A DNA stretch of 64,000 nt from Leucoraja ocellata (lineage: Eukaryota): positions 3,410,001 to 3,474,000 of the forward strand of contig JAWMAR010000023.1 of assembly GCA_036785375.1 (NCBI GenBank). The letters are read 5' to 3'. Position numbers and translations under genes: made by a program. Below the pieces are notes generated by a model. The model saw only the letters and a program-made list of their open reading frames with translations. It made no database searches and had not been told where the DNA came from. How positions within the stretch are numbered: the first letter of the stretch is position 1; every line of letters starts with the position of its first letter. Positions 1 through 12,945 of the stretch are shown piece by piece.

Positions 1-371
1 AGATTAATAACAAATAGGACACCTTCCCACTTGTTTCCTACCCATTTATAGTCATGGCAACCCTGGTTCTGGTTTTGCTTCCTTTCACCTCCAGAGTTTC
101 CCAAGGCTGCCCCTCTGGACTCCATCCATTCTCTCCTTCAACTGCATGCGGCCCTTCAGTGATGTGTGTTAACCAGTGTGACAGCATCCACATGTTTGTT
201 GATATTGCTAGCCAGCATCACCACCTCTGTTATTGGATAGCTTAGTTGATAGTCTCGGATAAGCCTCCCCGCTGAATGATTGGACAACAATCCAGGAGCA
301 ATTCAGCATCTAAACATGAGAAATGTGATGTGACAAGAATACATATGCAACTGAGATACAAGTTTATTGTG

Positions 372-665
372 TTTAGACTTTAAAGATACAGTGCGGAAAT
401 AGGCCCTTCAGCCCACCGAATCTGGGAAGACCTGCGATCACCCCTTCCTAACACTAGGGACACTAGGGACAATTTACAATTTTACCAAAGACAATTAACC
501 TACAAATCTGCATGTCTTTGGAATCTGGAAGGAAACCAGAGCACCCAGAGGAAACCCACACAGTCGCAGGGAGAACATACAAACTCCGTATAGACAGCAC
601 CTGTAGTCGGGGTCAAACCTGGGTTTCTGGAGCCGTAAGACAACAACTCTATCGGTGTGCCACGG
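372..665 (-). mobile_element. tRNA-derived V-SINE (HE1-like)
   Basis: Reverse complement has an A/B-box-like head, the V-core (ttctccctg..gtgggtttc..ctggtttcc) and a CR1-type tail (gggctgaagggcct..ctgtatc-taaa repeats). Confidence 0.85.
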
Positions 666-2682
666 CGTGTTGCTGAATATGTGATATATCCTCTCAACAT
701 GTACAAATTGCAGTTTCATATCTACAAATATTTTTTTTTACTCTCCCATTTCCTTCTCTCTGTTGCCTAGTTGACAGCCAAGATTAGACTAGGTCAGTTT
801 CCCCTCTAGATCACCTAGTTAATTGAAGGAACCACTGTAACCCTCAGAACAACCTGAGGGAATCCACCAGTGAGTCACCAGCGAAGGCCCATCTGTGCCT
901 TTTGTGTTTATTTAAAACTAAACCAAAATTAAGTAAAAACTACCAAGATATTATTGCACTTATTGCATGATCCAAATCTGTTCTACACCCAGATTATACT
1001 TAAGGTTTACTTGCTCTGAAATTTGTGTCTCCTTATTTACTGCAAGCTTCCAGCAGATTGCCTTCAGGAAGGTATTAACCTACTTTTACATTTGCATTAC
1101 CTCTTGTCTTCAGCATGCTGCTAAATCTATTTTGGTTCATCTGGTATTCTGTGAGAGAAGTTTCTGAGGTATGTTTTTTACAGAGGTCAGAACTTGCAAC
1201 CAAGCAAAACAAAAAATGGGGAGGAGAGTCTTTCCTTTTAGTATCATAGTCAGGTTTTCAGGAAAATGTAGGATTCTTGGGTCTAACATGGAGCCTTGTC
1301 TACTTGAGGTATTCCTTCAGAAGAATGATCCATTTTGATGGATGAAAAATAGCAGCCTAGACACGCATGTTGTCAGAAAAGGTTCAATCACTATGAGGTG
1401 AGTGGTGAGACAGGCTTCCACTGTACGGTGTCAAAACATACACAAATGGATTAGAGTTTCTTCGTTGGGCCAATGGTTGTATCCTCGTGTCATCTTTCAG
1501 GGCAGTGGGGGTTGCTGTGGGACATGGAGTGGACCATTGAGAGTTCTATTGCGGCATCAGCACATGATCACTGTCTCCCACTGCCATTCACTGCTGCCTT
1601 GGGCCTCCGCGGCCAAGCCGAAGCAAGCCACGCATTTGCAATGCAGGGCAGCTCCTGCAAGTACCTGCATTGATTGCAGTCCAAGGTTGCATTTGTTGCC
1701 GGCACTTCTAGCTTAATGCATCATACACACCGAGATCCTGGCAGCAAATTCATGGGCAGCATCTAGCACACTCTCTAGTGATGTTCCTTCAGCTCACTTT
1801 GTTCATGCTGACCACTGTAGCATACTGGGCTCGTCCCATTTGCCTGCACTTTGGGTATATTCGACAGTGATAAAAATGATATAGTTGCAGTGATGTAAGG
1901 AGGTTAATCTACTGATCATGCTTTTAAAATTTTGGGCTGCTTCAAGTTGAAATAAACTTTTAAAACATGTCTTCTATAATTTCCTTTAAAAATAGCAGAA
2001 ACAATGTTATCTGTGAAAGGGAGTATATGTGTTCATCTAAATCAACTAAACTAGAAGTCTAAACGTAGATCTTTGGCACTATGACCTTTGTCAGACTCAG
2101 CTATTTGATTAGTGTGAAGAAAAAATGATACTGAGTTCATGTAAATCTTTGCAAGCTGCTTGTTGGCAAGATTCAAAATGTAGAAAGAGATAAAGACTTG
2201 AATCGTGCAAATGAGATTGAGGTTTGTTGAATTTTGCATTCAGAGATTTCTTTGCAAGCAGTAAAGATACAATTATTCTGGCAAGAATAACCAAGAGCGG
2301 AAGAGATAAATCAGGTGTTTTATGTTTCCAGGCTAATCACTAACTTCAGTGTCTTACGCTCATTGCTTTTTGAGGACTAATTTGTAATTATTTGGAGAAT
2401 AGATGAATAATAATATTTGGTTATCAGATCTCACTCAATCACTTGACCAACATAAGGAAAATTTACTAGAAAATCACAGTTTTTTTGGCAGAGTTGAAAT
2501 ATTGTGCAATGCGAAATTTTGAAGCAGTCATATAAATCTGTACCCCAGAATTGCTCTGTGAAAATTCACATTAACTTATAGACTGGTAACCTGTTCCCTT
2601 TTTAGTTATCTTTCTTCCTTGGCTTAAAACTTGGTACTTATTCACTTCCAATACCCTGTCAATCGGCTGTAAACCACATCTG

Positions 2683-2936
2683 ATGGCCCACCGAGTCTGG
2701 GCCGACCAGCGATCCCCCAACACTAGCACTATCCCAAACCCTAGGAACAATTTACAATCTTTACCAAAGCCAATGAAGCTGCAAACCTGGACGTCTTTGA
2801 AGTGTGGGATAGAAACCGGAGCACCCAGAGAAAACCCACTCGGTCACAGGGAGAACATACAAACTCCATACAGACAGCATCCTTAGTCAGGATTGAACCC
2901 GGGTCCAATGGCAGCAACTCTGCCACCGTGCTGCCC
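2683..2936 (-). mobile_element. V-SINE (HE1-like)
   Basis: Same family by visual alignment to the copy at 41308-41594. Confidence 0.85.
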
Positions 2937-3922
2937 TAAATTTAATATTGAATATTTCAAGTGCTCTGGGTAACAATGCAGGACACTCCTATCAAGAAAA
3001 GCTTAGCAATTTACATAGGGATTTGCTATTCCATCCAAAGTCTGGGAGGAATTTCTGGTGCAAGATCATTACTGTGAACTAGCTGAGTGCTTGGTTCACT
3101 GAGCTGCAGTCAGTGGGTATTGGAAGTGGCTATTGGAAGTGGCTTTGTGGAGGGGAGGTCATTTGTATGTCATACTTCAGTATTTGCACCATTGCTCGGA
3201 GTTGAGCCAGCCTAGATTGCTGTGACCCATACAATGATGCGATGGTCTAAAGCAGGTGCCTCTAAGCCACATTCTTTGGTACATTTGGGCAGGCACTGAC
3301 CAAATGAGGCCAACTGACAAGATGGACCTCCTCACCTGTGGCTGCTACCACTGGAAATGTTGGTAAGGACCATGTTACTCAATTGCTGATGCCTCACATT
3401 CCTTACTCAGGTTCAAGAAGACATGTCTCCCTGACTCCCAGAGTTGATCTGACCTCCTGCTTAAAGTATTTCTCCACTCCTTTTTCCTCCTGCCTCGTGC
3501 ATCAGCTGCTTCTGTTCTGTGTGCCCAACCTTTGCTCACCCTTTGTGCCGTCTTCCAAGGAGAGACTGCTGGGGAAGCGAGTCTGGGAGCTGTTGGCTTG
3601 AACAAAGACCTTGCAGTCAGCAAAAGATCCTGCGGCACCTGGAGCACCCTCCCATAGGATTGCGGTTTCAAACAGCTACGTAAAGCAGCAGACACAGAAT
3701 TATAGCAAAGGCTAACAAACAATCAACCAGCAAACAAGCTGGGAGTAGTGAATGGTCTCTTTAAATCGTGCCATTGGAGGTCCTTCCTGTTGCATGCATT
3801 TCCAGTCAGAGCAAACAACAATGGTGTCTAACGTCAAGCTTACATGCGCTACTTAGCATGCATTCTCAATGAAATGAGGTACAGCATGCCATTTTTCCAC
3901 AAGTGATCAAGTGGATCACTTT

Positions 3923-4085
3923 GGCAGCACGGTGGTGCAGCGGTAGACTGTACTGCCTCACAGCGCCAGTGACCCGGGTTTGATCCTGACTGGCTGCAAC
4001 TGTAGTCAGGATTGGAGTTTGTGCATTCTCCCAGTGACTGCGTGGGTTTTCTCCGGGTGCTCTGGTACCCTCCCACACTCCAAAG
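3923..4085 (+). mobile_element. V-SINE 5' half, abutting a CR1 fragment
   Basis: gcacggtggtgcagcggtaga...gacccgggtttgatcc head and V-core, truncated at ctccaaaga. Confidence 0.85.
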
Positions 4086-4630
4086 AACAGTACAGCACGA
4101 GAACAGGCCCTTCGGCCCACAATGATTGTGCCAAACATGATGCCAAGACCATCTCTTATCTACCCTGCACATATCCATATTCCTCCATATCGTATCTGCC
4201 TCAACCACCATCCCCGATATCACCCCTTAATCCAGGTAACCTTCTGGTAAACCTTTTCCGCACCCTTTCATAGACCCCCCCCCCCATAGCCTTCCTGTAA
4301 TGGGGCGACCGGAACTATATGCAACACTCCAAATGCAGTTTAACCAAAGTTGTGTCAAGCTGCATCATGACTTCCTGACTCATGTACTCAATGGCCAGAC
4401 CTATGAAAACAAGCATACAATATGCCTTCTTTACCACTCTACCTAGGTGTTGCCACTTTCAGAGAGATGTCGACTTGGACCCCAAGATCCCTTATCAATG
4501 ATGTTAAGGGTCATGCTCTTTTCCCTTTGCATTTAATTTCCCGAAGTGCAGCACCTCACACTTGCTCGGATTAAACTCTGTCATTTCTCCACTCTATATC
4601 CCGCTGTATACTTTGACAGTCTTTCTCACA
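4086..4630 (-). mobile_element. CR1-clade LINE 3' fragment (internally deleted)
   Basis: CR1 tail (gggccgaagggcctgt) and degenerate RT C-terminus; similar to 46830-47660. Confidence 0.8.
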
Positions 4631-4850
4631 ATTGTTTGAACATGAGAGGTAAGGATATTTCTCCACCTTGCAATAAAATCCAATTGTGAATGTTTGGTTC
4701 GGATGTTCTCTCAGGCCTCTGCCAGAGGGTTACTCTGAGATCTGCATGAGAGACATTCAGGTTAATTTTCTCATCCACTTTGAAGATTGGGAGACAACAA
4801 GAGCTGAATGTTAATTAGTGTGTTAATTACAGGTCAGTAACGATTGAATT

Positions 4851-5056
4851 TAAGGACACAAAGTGCTGGATAACTCGGCGGGTGAACCAGCATGTCTGGA
4901 GAACCTGGGTTGGTTACATTTCGGGTTGGGACCGTTCTTCAGACGAGACCTAAAACATCCAATATCCATGTGGTCCAGGGATCCTATCTGACCTGCTGAG
5001 TTACTCCAGCACTTTGTGTCCTTTTGTGTAAACCAGCACCTGCAGTTCCTTGTTTC
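4851..5056. mobile_element. Hammerhead-bearing element, fold-back (inverted) copy
   Basis: Arms gacacaaagtgctgga.. and ..tccagcactttgtgtc with a degenerate CTGAAGA..GAAA motif on the - strand at ~4913-4944. Confidence 0.75.
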
Positions 5057-6905
5057 AACACAACAATTGAACAAGTTGTTTTCTTGTTTTGCTGAAAATG
5101 ATCGGTAAAAAACAGGCATTTTCTGTTGATTATTTTGTTTCTCTGACTTGGAAACCAGAAGTAGGGTAACATACATCCCACTGCTATAATTAAAATCAGG
5201 TTGTTTTAAAATATTAATGACTGGAGTTTTTGATGGAAACATTTTTTTAATGTTTCAGTGCATATAGATGAGTCATTGAGCAAATATTCATTGAAAATAT
5301 GGACAAGCTAGCATGACTTGTCTAGAGCACATTTCAGAATGAAACAGATGTGCAGTTTTTTTTTTACCCTTTACGGAACAGCGCTAACAGATTTGTTAAA
5401 TTAAGCTGACAGAATAGTTTCCTTTCCCATGAGGACATCTTGGAAGCCCGTACCAGTTACTGCAAGGTTGGGTGGTTTAACCATTCAGATTGTACAGAGG
5501 AATTTAGGAGTTGATATAATAATCTCTAATAAAAGTAAAAATGACCCAGTTAAGATTTGACAGATAAAGCAGGTGATCTAAGCTAAGAAATGCAAGACAT
5601 TGAACAGCTGAGCTATCAAGCACATTTACTCTGTTTGCTTGAATTCCTGGGAGATCAATAAGGGACTGTGTAAACCGATGATTTAAAATTGTTCTTAAAC
5701 CTGTAAAGAATTTCCTTACGGTGTACTGAAGTTGAGTCGAACAATCATTTTTTTTCATAATGTGCTTCTCTCTACATGGCTGAAAGCAATGATTGCATTA
5801 CTACGCTCTGTCACCACCTAAGACTTAGCACCTCCTCCCCAGCTTGTCAGTTTGACTTGCTGCAGTACCAGACACATGAATCTGCCTGTAATGTTCAAAG
5901 CCTTGCCAGTTTTAACGTGGGAGAAGATGGACAAAAATGATGATCTGGCAGAAGAACTGGAGCATGCATAGATAGTATGCTATCATCTGAATGTTTAATT
6001 AATCTTTTTTTAAATATTGAACCAGTAACCAAGTTCTGTGAGAGGAAGCTGGGAGTCCTGTGCTATAGTGCACTGAAATCCCTCGTAGTGTGTGTGACGG
6101 GTTTTACTGGTTCTTGGCCCAGCTGCAAGGGGTGTGGTATCCTCTTTCAGAGAACATAAGCACTTCCTCTGTTCCACCCACTTGGAGAAATAAGTCTGCA
6201 GCAGAGTCTGAAATCTCAGGGAAAAAAATAATTTTCATTCCGACCAAAAGAAGAAATTTGTACTTTTTAATGCCTTTGTTAGAAATTAGTAAAAAGAGGT
6301 GGGATAGGTGGAAGCAACACAATGCAACAGAAAGTGGTGTTTGGGTCAGAAATCCCTACTTCTCCCCATCAATTGAAAACAAAGCCTCTACTGACCATTT
6401 TCCATTGGGGCTCCGCTGATTGCCAAGACATTTTGTTGTTTTTAAAATGGCCTGGCTTTCAGATAACGTTGACAGCCAAAGTTCATGAGCAGTGATTCGA
6501 GCACAATGTTGAATTCTATTTCCCAGCATGACATAATGTTGGCAATCTCTTCTTCAGAATCAAATATATAGTTGAGGGAGTCTCGGTCTGTTTTGTTCTT
6601 GATATTTGGTTGACTGTAATTTGTCTTTCGAGATCCCTTTAATCCCAAGTTTTGTCCATGCTGGTCAATCTTTGATAGGTTTCTGCTGCCAAGCACAGTG
6701 CTGTTACAACCAATTGCTTAATCTCACATTAGTCCCCAACAGGAGCTTCCTCTAAGGGCAGGTGAGACATATTTGCAGACACTTGGAAGAAATTGTGTAA
6801 TGATATATTTTGTTTTATTTATTGAATTTCATAACTAGACTACTTGGACAAACATTACACTTGCTTATACATATTAGTATGTTTATTTACAGATGAGCCC
6901 AAGAC

Positions 6906-7070
6906 TTGGTCATCTGTTGCTGGCTCTGATTTGTTCTGGCCTTTTCCTATCTCCAGTTCCCTCCCCTCTGCTTTCAGTCTGAACAAGGGTTCAGACACAA
7001 AACGTCAACCATCCTTTTTGTCTAGTTGCTGCCTGATCTGCTGAGTTAGTCCAGCACTTTGTGTCCATCT
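6906..7070 (+). mobile_element. Hammerhead-bearing element, degenerate, with TSD
   Basis: ctgaacaagggttcagacacaaaacgtc core, flanked by tgagcccaagac (6894-6905) and tgagccctagac (7071-7082). Confidence 0.75.
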
Positions 7071-8334
7071 TGAGCCCTAGACAACGTAGATGTATGAAGA
7101 CTATGACATACAACACCCTCTCTCCCAATTGTGTTTTAATACAATATGATTTTGTTTGTTCATTAACCTGCCTTTCCCATCCAAGAATTAAGCTGCTGCT
7201 GTAGTGTCAGGCAGACTGTGGTAGTTTTGTTATCATTTACATTAACGTAACGTATCTTCTCATCATTCTCCACAATGTACTCGACGTATTGTCAATACCT
7301 TTGTGCAGGAAACAACTAATAACTCAAACTATCTCTCCAAACATAATACGCCTCTACTCAGATAAATAATTTCAACTAGAACACTGAGCAAATGCCACCA
7401 TTGCTTAAGTTCTTAATGCATGTACAAGTTATCATGCACAAACAGATTAAAATATTAATCCTGTATGATTGTACGTATACACCCAGCTGATAGATGAAAA
7501 AGTGTGCACGCAATAAGTCAGGGGCTGTCAGCCCTAGATGGAATGTATGCATTTTCTGCTGGTATTTGTACAATACAAATATAGATTTGTTATAATGCCA
7601 TTAATGTAGACTTTTTGGGGAATGAACATTCAGAGATTTAATTTGACCAAAGTATTTCCACTGCCAATACACAAATTTATGCTTTTTACATTTCCTAATC
7701 ATGAAAATAAAAAACATGGTATTTAAATTATGATGTACATTTAACTTTCTGAATTTGAACTATGGCTGACTTAATTTTCTCCATTTTAGTATTGAAAGTT
7801 TTAGGACATATCAACATGGAGAATGTTCTGGTATAGGATCCCAGCACATTATCCGGCTCGTTAAACTTGGTGATGTGGCAGTGACTTTCAAGGAGTGGAT
7901 TTAGGTCCATGGTCACCAAATAGTAATGAAAATGTGCTCATCTGCTTTTACAGTGGGATTGAAAACTCACCCATATTTGCATGGGAGAATTTATTATCTC
8001 ATGCCTGAGTCAAGATCATAATTGCTGGCTTGGATTAAGAGGCTTCAAATGGGAAGCCCTGTTACAACAGTTTAAGCAGTACATCCAGCATGAAGAGAAT
8101 TTGGAAACTGTCAAACATGATCATGGCTGTCTGGCTCTATATTTAAACCGCTTGAAAACCCTCCCTGGAACCTCCACTTTAAGTGAAGGAGATAGTCACT
8201 ATTTGAAAGTATGCTGATGCTGGTTTGGTGAGTTTACAGGTCACTGTACTTGGCCAAAACTTTAACAACCAAATTAAAGCCACCTGTACAAGGGAGACTC
8301 CTCTGCCAGGAACAGACCATGGCTTTGTATGTAT

Positions 8335-8590
8335 GTTTAGTTTAGTTTACAGATACAGCATGGAAACAGGCCATTCGGCACACAGAATCCGTACCGACCA
8401 GCAATCACCTTTTCAGTAGTTCTATCCTACACACTAATGACAATTTTCTGGAAGCCAATTCACTCTACAAACCTACACGTCTTTGGAGTAGGGGCGGAAA
8501 CCAGAGCACTCGAAGTAAACCCACGCAATCACTGGGAGAACACTGCACAGTCAGGATTGAACCCAGGTTTCTGGCGCTGTAAGGCAGCAA
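8335..8590 (-). mobile_element. V-SINE (HE1-like)
   Basis: tttag repeats plus gatacagcatggaaacaggcc tail and core. Confidence 0.85.
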
Positions 8591-11259
8591 CATATCTATG
8601 TGAAATGCAGATGCTTTCTAAATAATGTTGGCAGCGGAAATTTCTTTTTTCTGTTTGTTGCTTGGTGGAAAACTCTTCTGATGTCTCGTAATTTGGAAAT
8701 AATCCAGTAACCATTGTTGTTTTGAGAAATCGAAATAGTCCTGATGCTCAAATGAATTGTACTGTGGACGACCATTTAGTTGAATTTAATCTCTCTTTAT
8801 TTCCATTTGATTTGGCAAACTAAATGTAAGGAAATGCACAGATATAATCCATCAAGAACGCTGGAGGGAATTTAATTACACCACCCATTTCAGACTTTTT
8901 TCATGTAAGTTAATAGGCGTCTGACCCCAGCCTGCTAATTGTAATATCACCCGCAGTGACTGTAATTCTGACAGCGTTACGCATAAATTCACTTTGGTTG
9001 AATTAACTGAGCGATGCACAGATCTGACAAGTCAGTTTAAAATGCTTCCAAAAGGAACTATGAGAGACCTGCAGCCAAATAAAATGGTACATTCATACAT
9101 TATAATATTACTTGTGTCAGTTGCTTGTTTAAAAAAAAAAATAAAGGTCACCTATATCATTTTCATTTCTGAAACTGTATTTTTCCATTGGAGGTGCAGC
9201 TGTAGTTTTTTTTTTAATCAAATCGGGCTAAGGTTGGGGTGATCAGAGATTCTCTAGTAAGGTATGTCAGTCTCAGCAGGGCAGCTAAAACGTACTAACT
9301 GAACAAAGTTGTAGGTAAGGCGAGTGGGAAAAATATTTTAAAAATAAATCCCAAATGCAATGCCATGTATTGTAATGCGATGCTAATCCTTCACATTACT
9401 GCTGTGAATTCTATGCAGGCAGGACATTGCACAATTTCAGTCTCATTTTGAGAACAAATTAACAATTTTCCTGTTTGTTGTGGTCGTTTAACAGTAGTCT
9501 GGGAATAAATTCCTTCACAAACAAGTTGGGGTCCAGTTGGAGTCATGGTCTGGGGTGTGTTTGTTACTGCCTGTTGTTAAGCTGTGTGTGCCTGTGCCAT
9601 AGCAAAAAACATTCTGTGGTAATCATTGATATTGAAGGCACCACCTTAAGCTGGCATGCCAGAAATAATTCCTATGGAAGGCACATTAAGATGGTTGGCT
9701 CTGATAAGACCCGACAGAAATGCAGGATTTATTTTGCTACAGAAACACTTTCATGAAATTTTTATTTAATAGAAGAATTAGTGGAAGACTCTTAGACATC
9801 TATAATGTATTGGGAAGACAAGCTAACGATCTTTGAAATATAGAGTAGTCAGCACAGGCTGACCAAAACAAGAGTCTATGTCTATGTGAAGCTGCTTCTG
9901 GGAAGTGAAAACGCTGGTGGCTGTCGATCCTTCCATTCACTGACGCACTCACTGCCCTTGAAAGTACTGACAATGTACTTAGTGCTGCAGAACATTCTTA
10001 ACAATGTTTTACACCACCCAGCAATTAAACTGTGGTTCGGATTCTTTCACAAGGTGTCCCTGGATTTTATATAGAATGTTCTGTAAAATGTAATTCAACC
10101 TTGCTGCATATGTCATTTTTTTGTTCTCTGACCAGTTCACTGTTCCCTGCTTGCTTTTCATTTCTCCCTACCATGGCCAAAGCAAGTATTTTTTTGTCAG
10201 AGCATGGAACTACGTGCCTTCTGTATTTCACTCATCATTCCATCAGTGAATGTTGTCAATGAATAAACTGGTTGTTCCATCACACAGATCTCTGAAATGT
10301 CATTGCTAGATGTCCAAGGGCACTTGCGCATTGTTCGCTGAACGTGTTTAGAAGTATGACACTCCTGCTAGGACAGGGGACTTGCTTTGATATGGCATCT
10401 TGATCAGACTGGAAAAGTATGGCTAAAGAGCCTGTTTCCATGCTGTATAAATCTATGATAGTCCAGAGTTCAAGGCCAATTAGAGCAATTCATACCACCC
10501 AAAAGTGAGTTGACAATGACAGGTACAGGCAATGAGGCTTACTCACCTCGACATTGCATTTGTTTTCCAAGCTGCAGTCAGAATCTGCTGCTGGCCTCTA
10601 TCTTCCATCCACTAGAAGGTTAGGAAGAAGCAACGTTGAATATGCAACTGAGTAGCAAGTCCTTGAATTCCATCCTGGCAGGTAGCTGCTGACTCCTGAA
10701 CTTGCTACGGTGAAGCGTGACAATCCAGCTTGCACCCAGTGCACCCTGACAGTGCTGTTATGTCAGGTCAGGTGTCCAGTGTGACAAAGCACTTGCATTT
10801 GGATTGGGTTTGGCTCTTCCCCAGCTCAGCACCATGCATTAGATTTAGGGCTAACCCTGACCCTAACGCCTCCAGATTAGAGTGCAACAATCATGATGAT
10901 GGTCGGGACAACTCTGGATCAGGTCTTGGGCAGATCTCATATATGAAGTTTACAATGGGATCAATGTTTCAGGTGCATTTATCCTGTTGTTCTGCTATCT
11001 TAATTTCCTGTTGGTGCAGATATGCTCTGCTGTCTATACTGTGCTCTGGTTTCTCAGTGGTAACAGGATGTCTAGATACAAGCCCACTCTACATTGTCAA
11101 CAATTCTATCCCCGGATGGATAGGGTTACGCAGGAACTCCTGGGGAAAGAATACACACCTTGGGCTCAGATTTCACCCTCAGCCATATCTGCAATCAAAC
11201 CATAATTAATACAAGGGTATTGTTAAATCTCACCAACTCATATTTGTGGATTGATAATA

Positions 11260-11410
11260 ACAGGAAATTGTTGGAGATACTCTGCAGGTCAGGCAGCAAC
11301 TATTGAAAGTGAAGCAGAATTGGAGTTTCAAGTCCACAGATGTGTCCTGCTGAATATTTTCAGCATTTTCTGGAGTTTGTCCAGACTTTCGGTATTTGCA
11401 GTTCTTTGAT
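11260..11410. mobile_element. Old fold-back relative of the hammerhead-bearing element
   Basis: tgttggagatactctgcaggtcaggcagca ... cctgctgaatattttcagcattttc diverged arms. Confidence 0.45.
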
Positions 11411-12689
11411 CTTTGTTTTACTTTGGTTTTGTTACATTATCACGCAGGGAGCCAGTGTAAGAATGACTGTGCGTCTGTGAATGTGGGTCAGGACGCTGTA
11501 GTATGCCTCATCTCCAGGGACAAATGGGTCGGTGTGTCTGTGGGCTACTAATTTAGAGGCAGATAATTAATTTTATTAGCTGGATGCAGGAAAGTGCAGT
11601 AGGAAATTGTGCTGGGAATTTCAGGGCACCTTTAGTTGGTAGATAGTCCTGGGAGAACACATCAGTCAGTTCGGTGAACGCCCATCTCCTGGGTTTATAC
11701 TGATCTAATTATTGTGTCATAGAGTCATCAAGTCATACAGCATGGAACAAGGCCCTTCACCCCTATTCTTAAGACTGCGTCCGAGCTTTCAAGCTCCTGC
11801 ATCATCTCTCAGAAGGTAGCAGATAGAAAAGAGTATGGCCAGGGAGACAGGCATCCTCGACGACACTTCTGGGCTGTATTCACCACTCTCTGCAGGTTCA
11901 GATGGTCAAGAGCAGAGCAGTTGCCACACCATGCACCCTGTCAGGGTACTATCCCTGGTATCTGGGATCCAAAATTATGGAGATTTGCTTGAAACAGTGG
12001 GAATAGTAGATTGAGAGGTTGAAGAGGTTTAAAGCCCTTGCTAGATGACAAGTGGCCTTCAGGAAGGATATCCTATTTCATGCTGAAGGAGAATGGACTC
12101 CCCACATGGGCTAGAAATTGCTCCAGAATATTAATTTTGTTATTAAAACAAGGTTGGTTGGCACTCTGTCTCTGTAATTGTAAGTCTCATAAAGTGCAAG
12201 ATCTGCATTTGTGAGAGTGGTGTATGGGCAAAATAGAAGTTGTTTAAGCATTCAGTTCAAGTGGAGTGGAGATGGGGGAATGCAAAAGAATTGCACTATC
12301 AGAAATTTAAATCCATTTCACCCCAGCAACGCTGCACTGCAAATAACATTGTTTTAGGTTCGAGTTCTTGTAATTCTTAGCATGTTACTCAATAGATGTG
12401 ATTGGTGCAGCCAGCTCTGAAAGGGACAAACCGCAGTGCCAGTTAGAAGGGAGGGTTGCTACAGAATTAAGGGAGGGTAGTAGGAGAGTGGTCCTTGTAG
12501 GGTGCTGAAGTAAATGGCCTGCATTGTGAGGAGGTGCTGGCTGAAGGCTACCTGGTTAAGACAACTTCAACAGCTGAACCCTACCTTTTTGTGCTGCCAA
12601 ATGTCTTGTTGCAGTGGCCAGATACTACACTCAAGGCAACTCGGGTTGTCCAGGTCTTAGATGTAAAGAGGCTGATTCCTCAGGACTTG

Positions 12690-12945
12690 GACGGCACATC
12701 GGTAGAGTTATTGTCTTACAGCGCCAGAGACCTAGGTTTGATCCTGACTATGGGTGGGGTCTGTATGGAGTTTGTATGTTCTCCCTGTGTCTGCATGGGT
12801 TTCTTCGTGTTTGTAGGTTAATTGTCTTCGGTAAAATGGTAAATTATCCCAAGTGTGTAGGATAGTGCTAGTGACAAGTACGGGGTGATCGCTGGTCGGC
12901 ACGGACTCGGTTGGCTCATATTGTATTCTAAAGTCTAAAGTAAAA
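12690..12945 (+). mobile_element. V-SINE (HE1-like)
   Basis: Head, core and ctaaagtctaaag tail. Confidence 0.85.
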
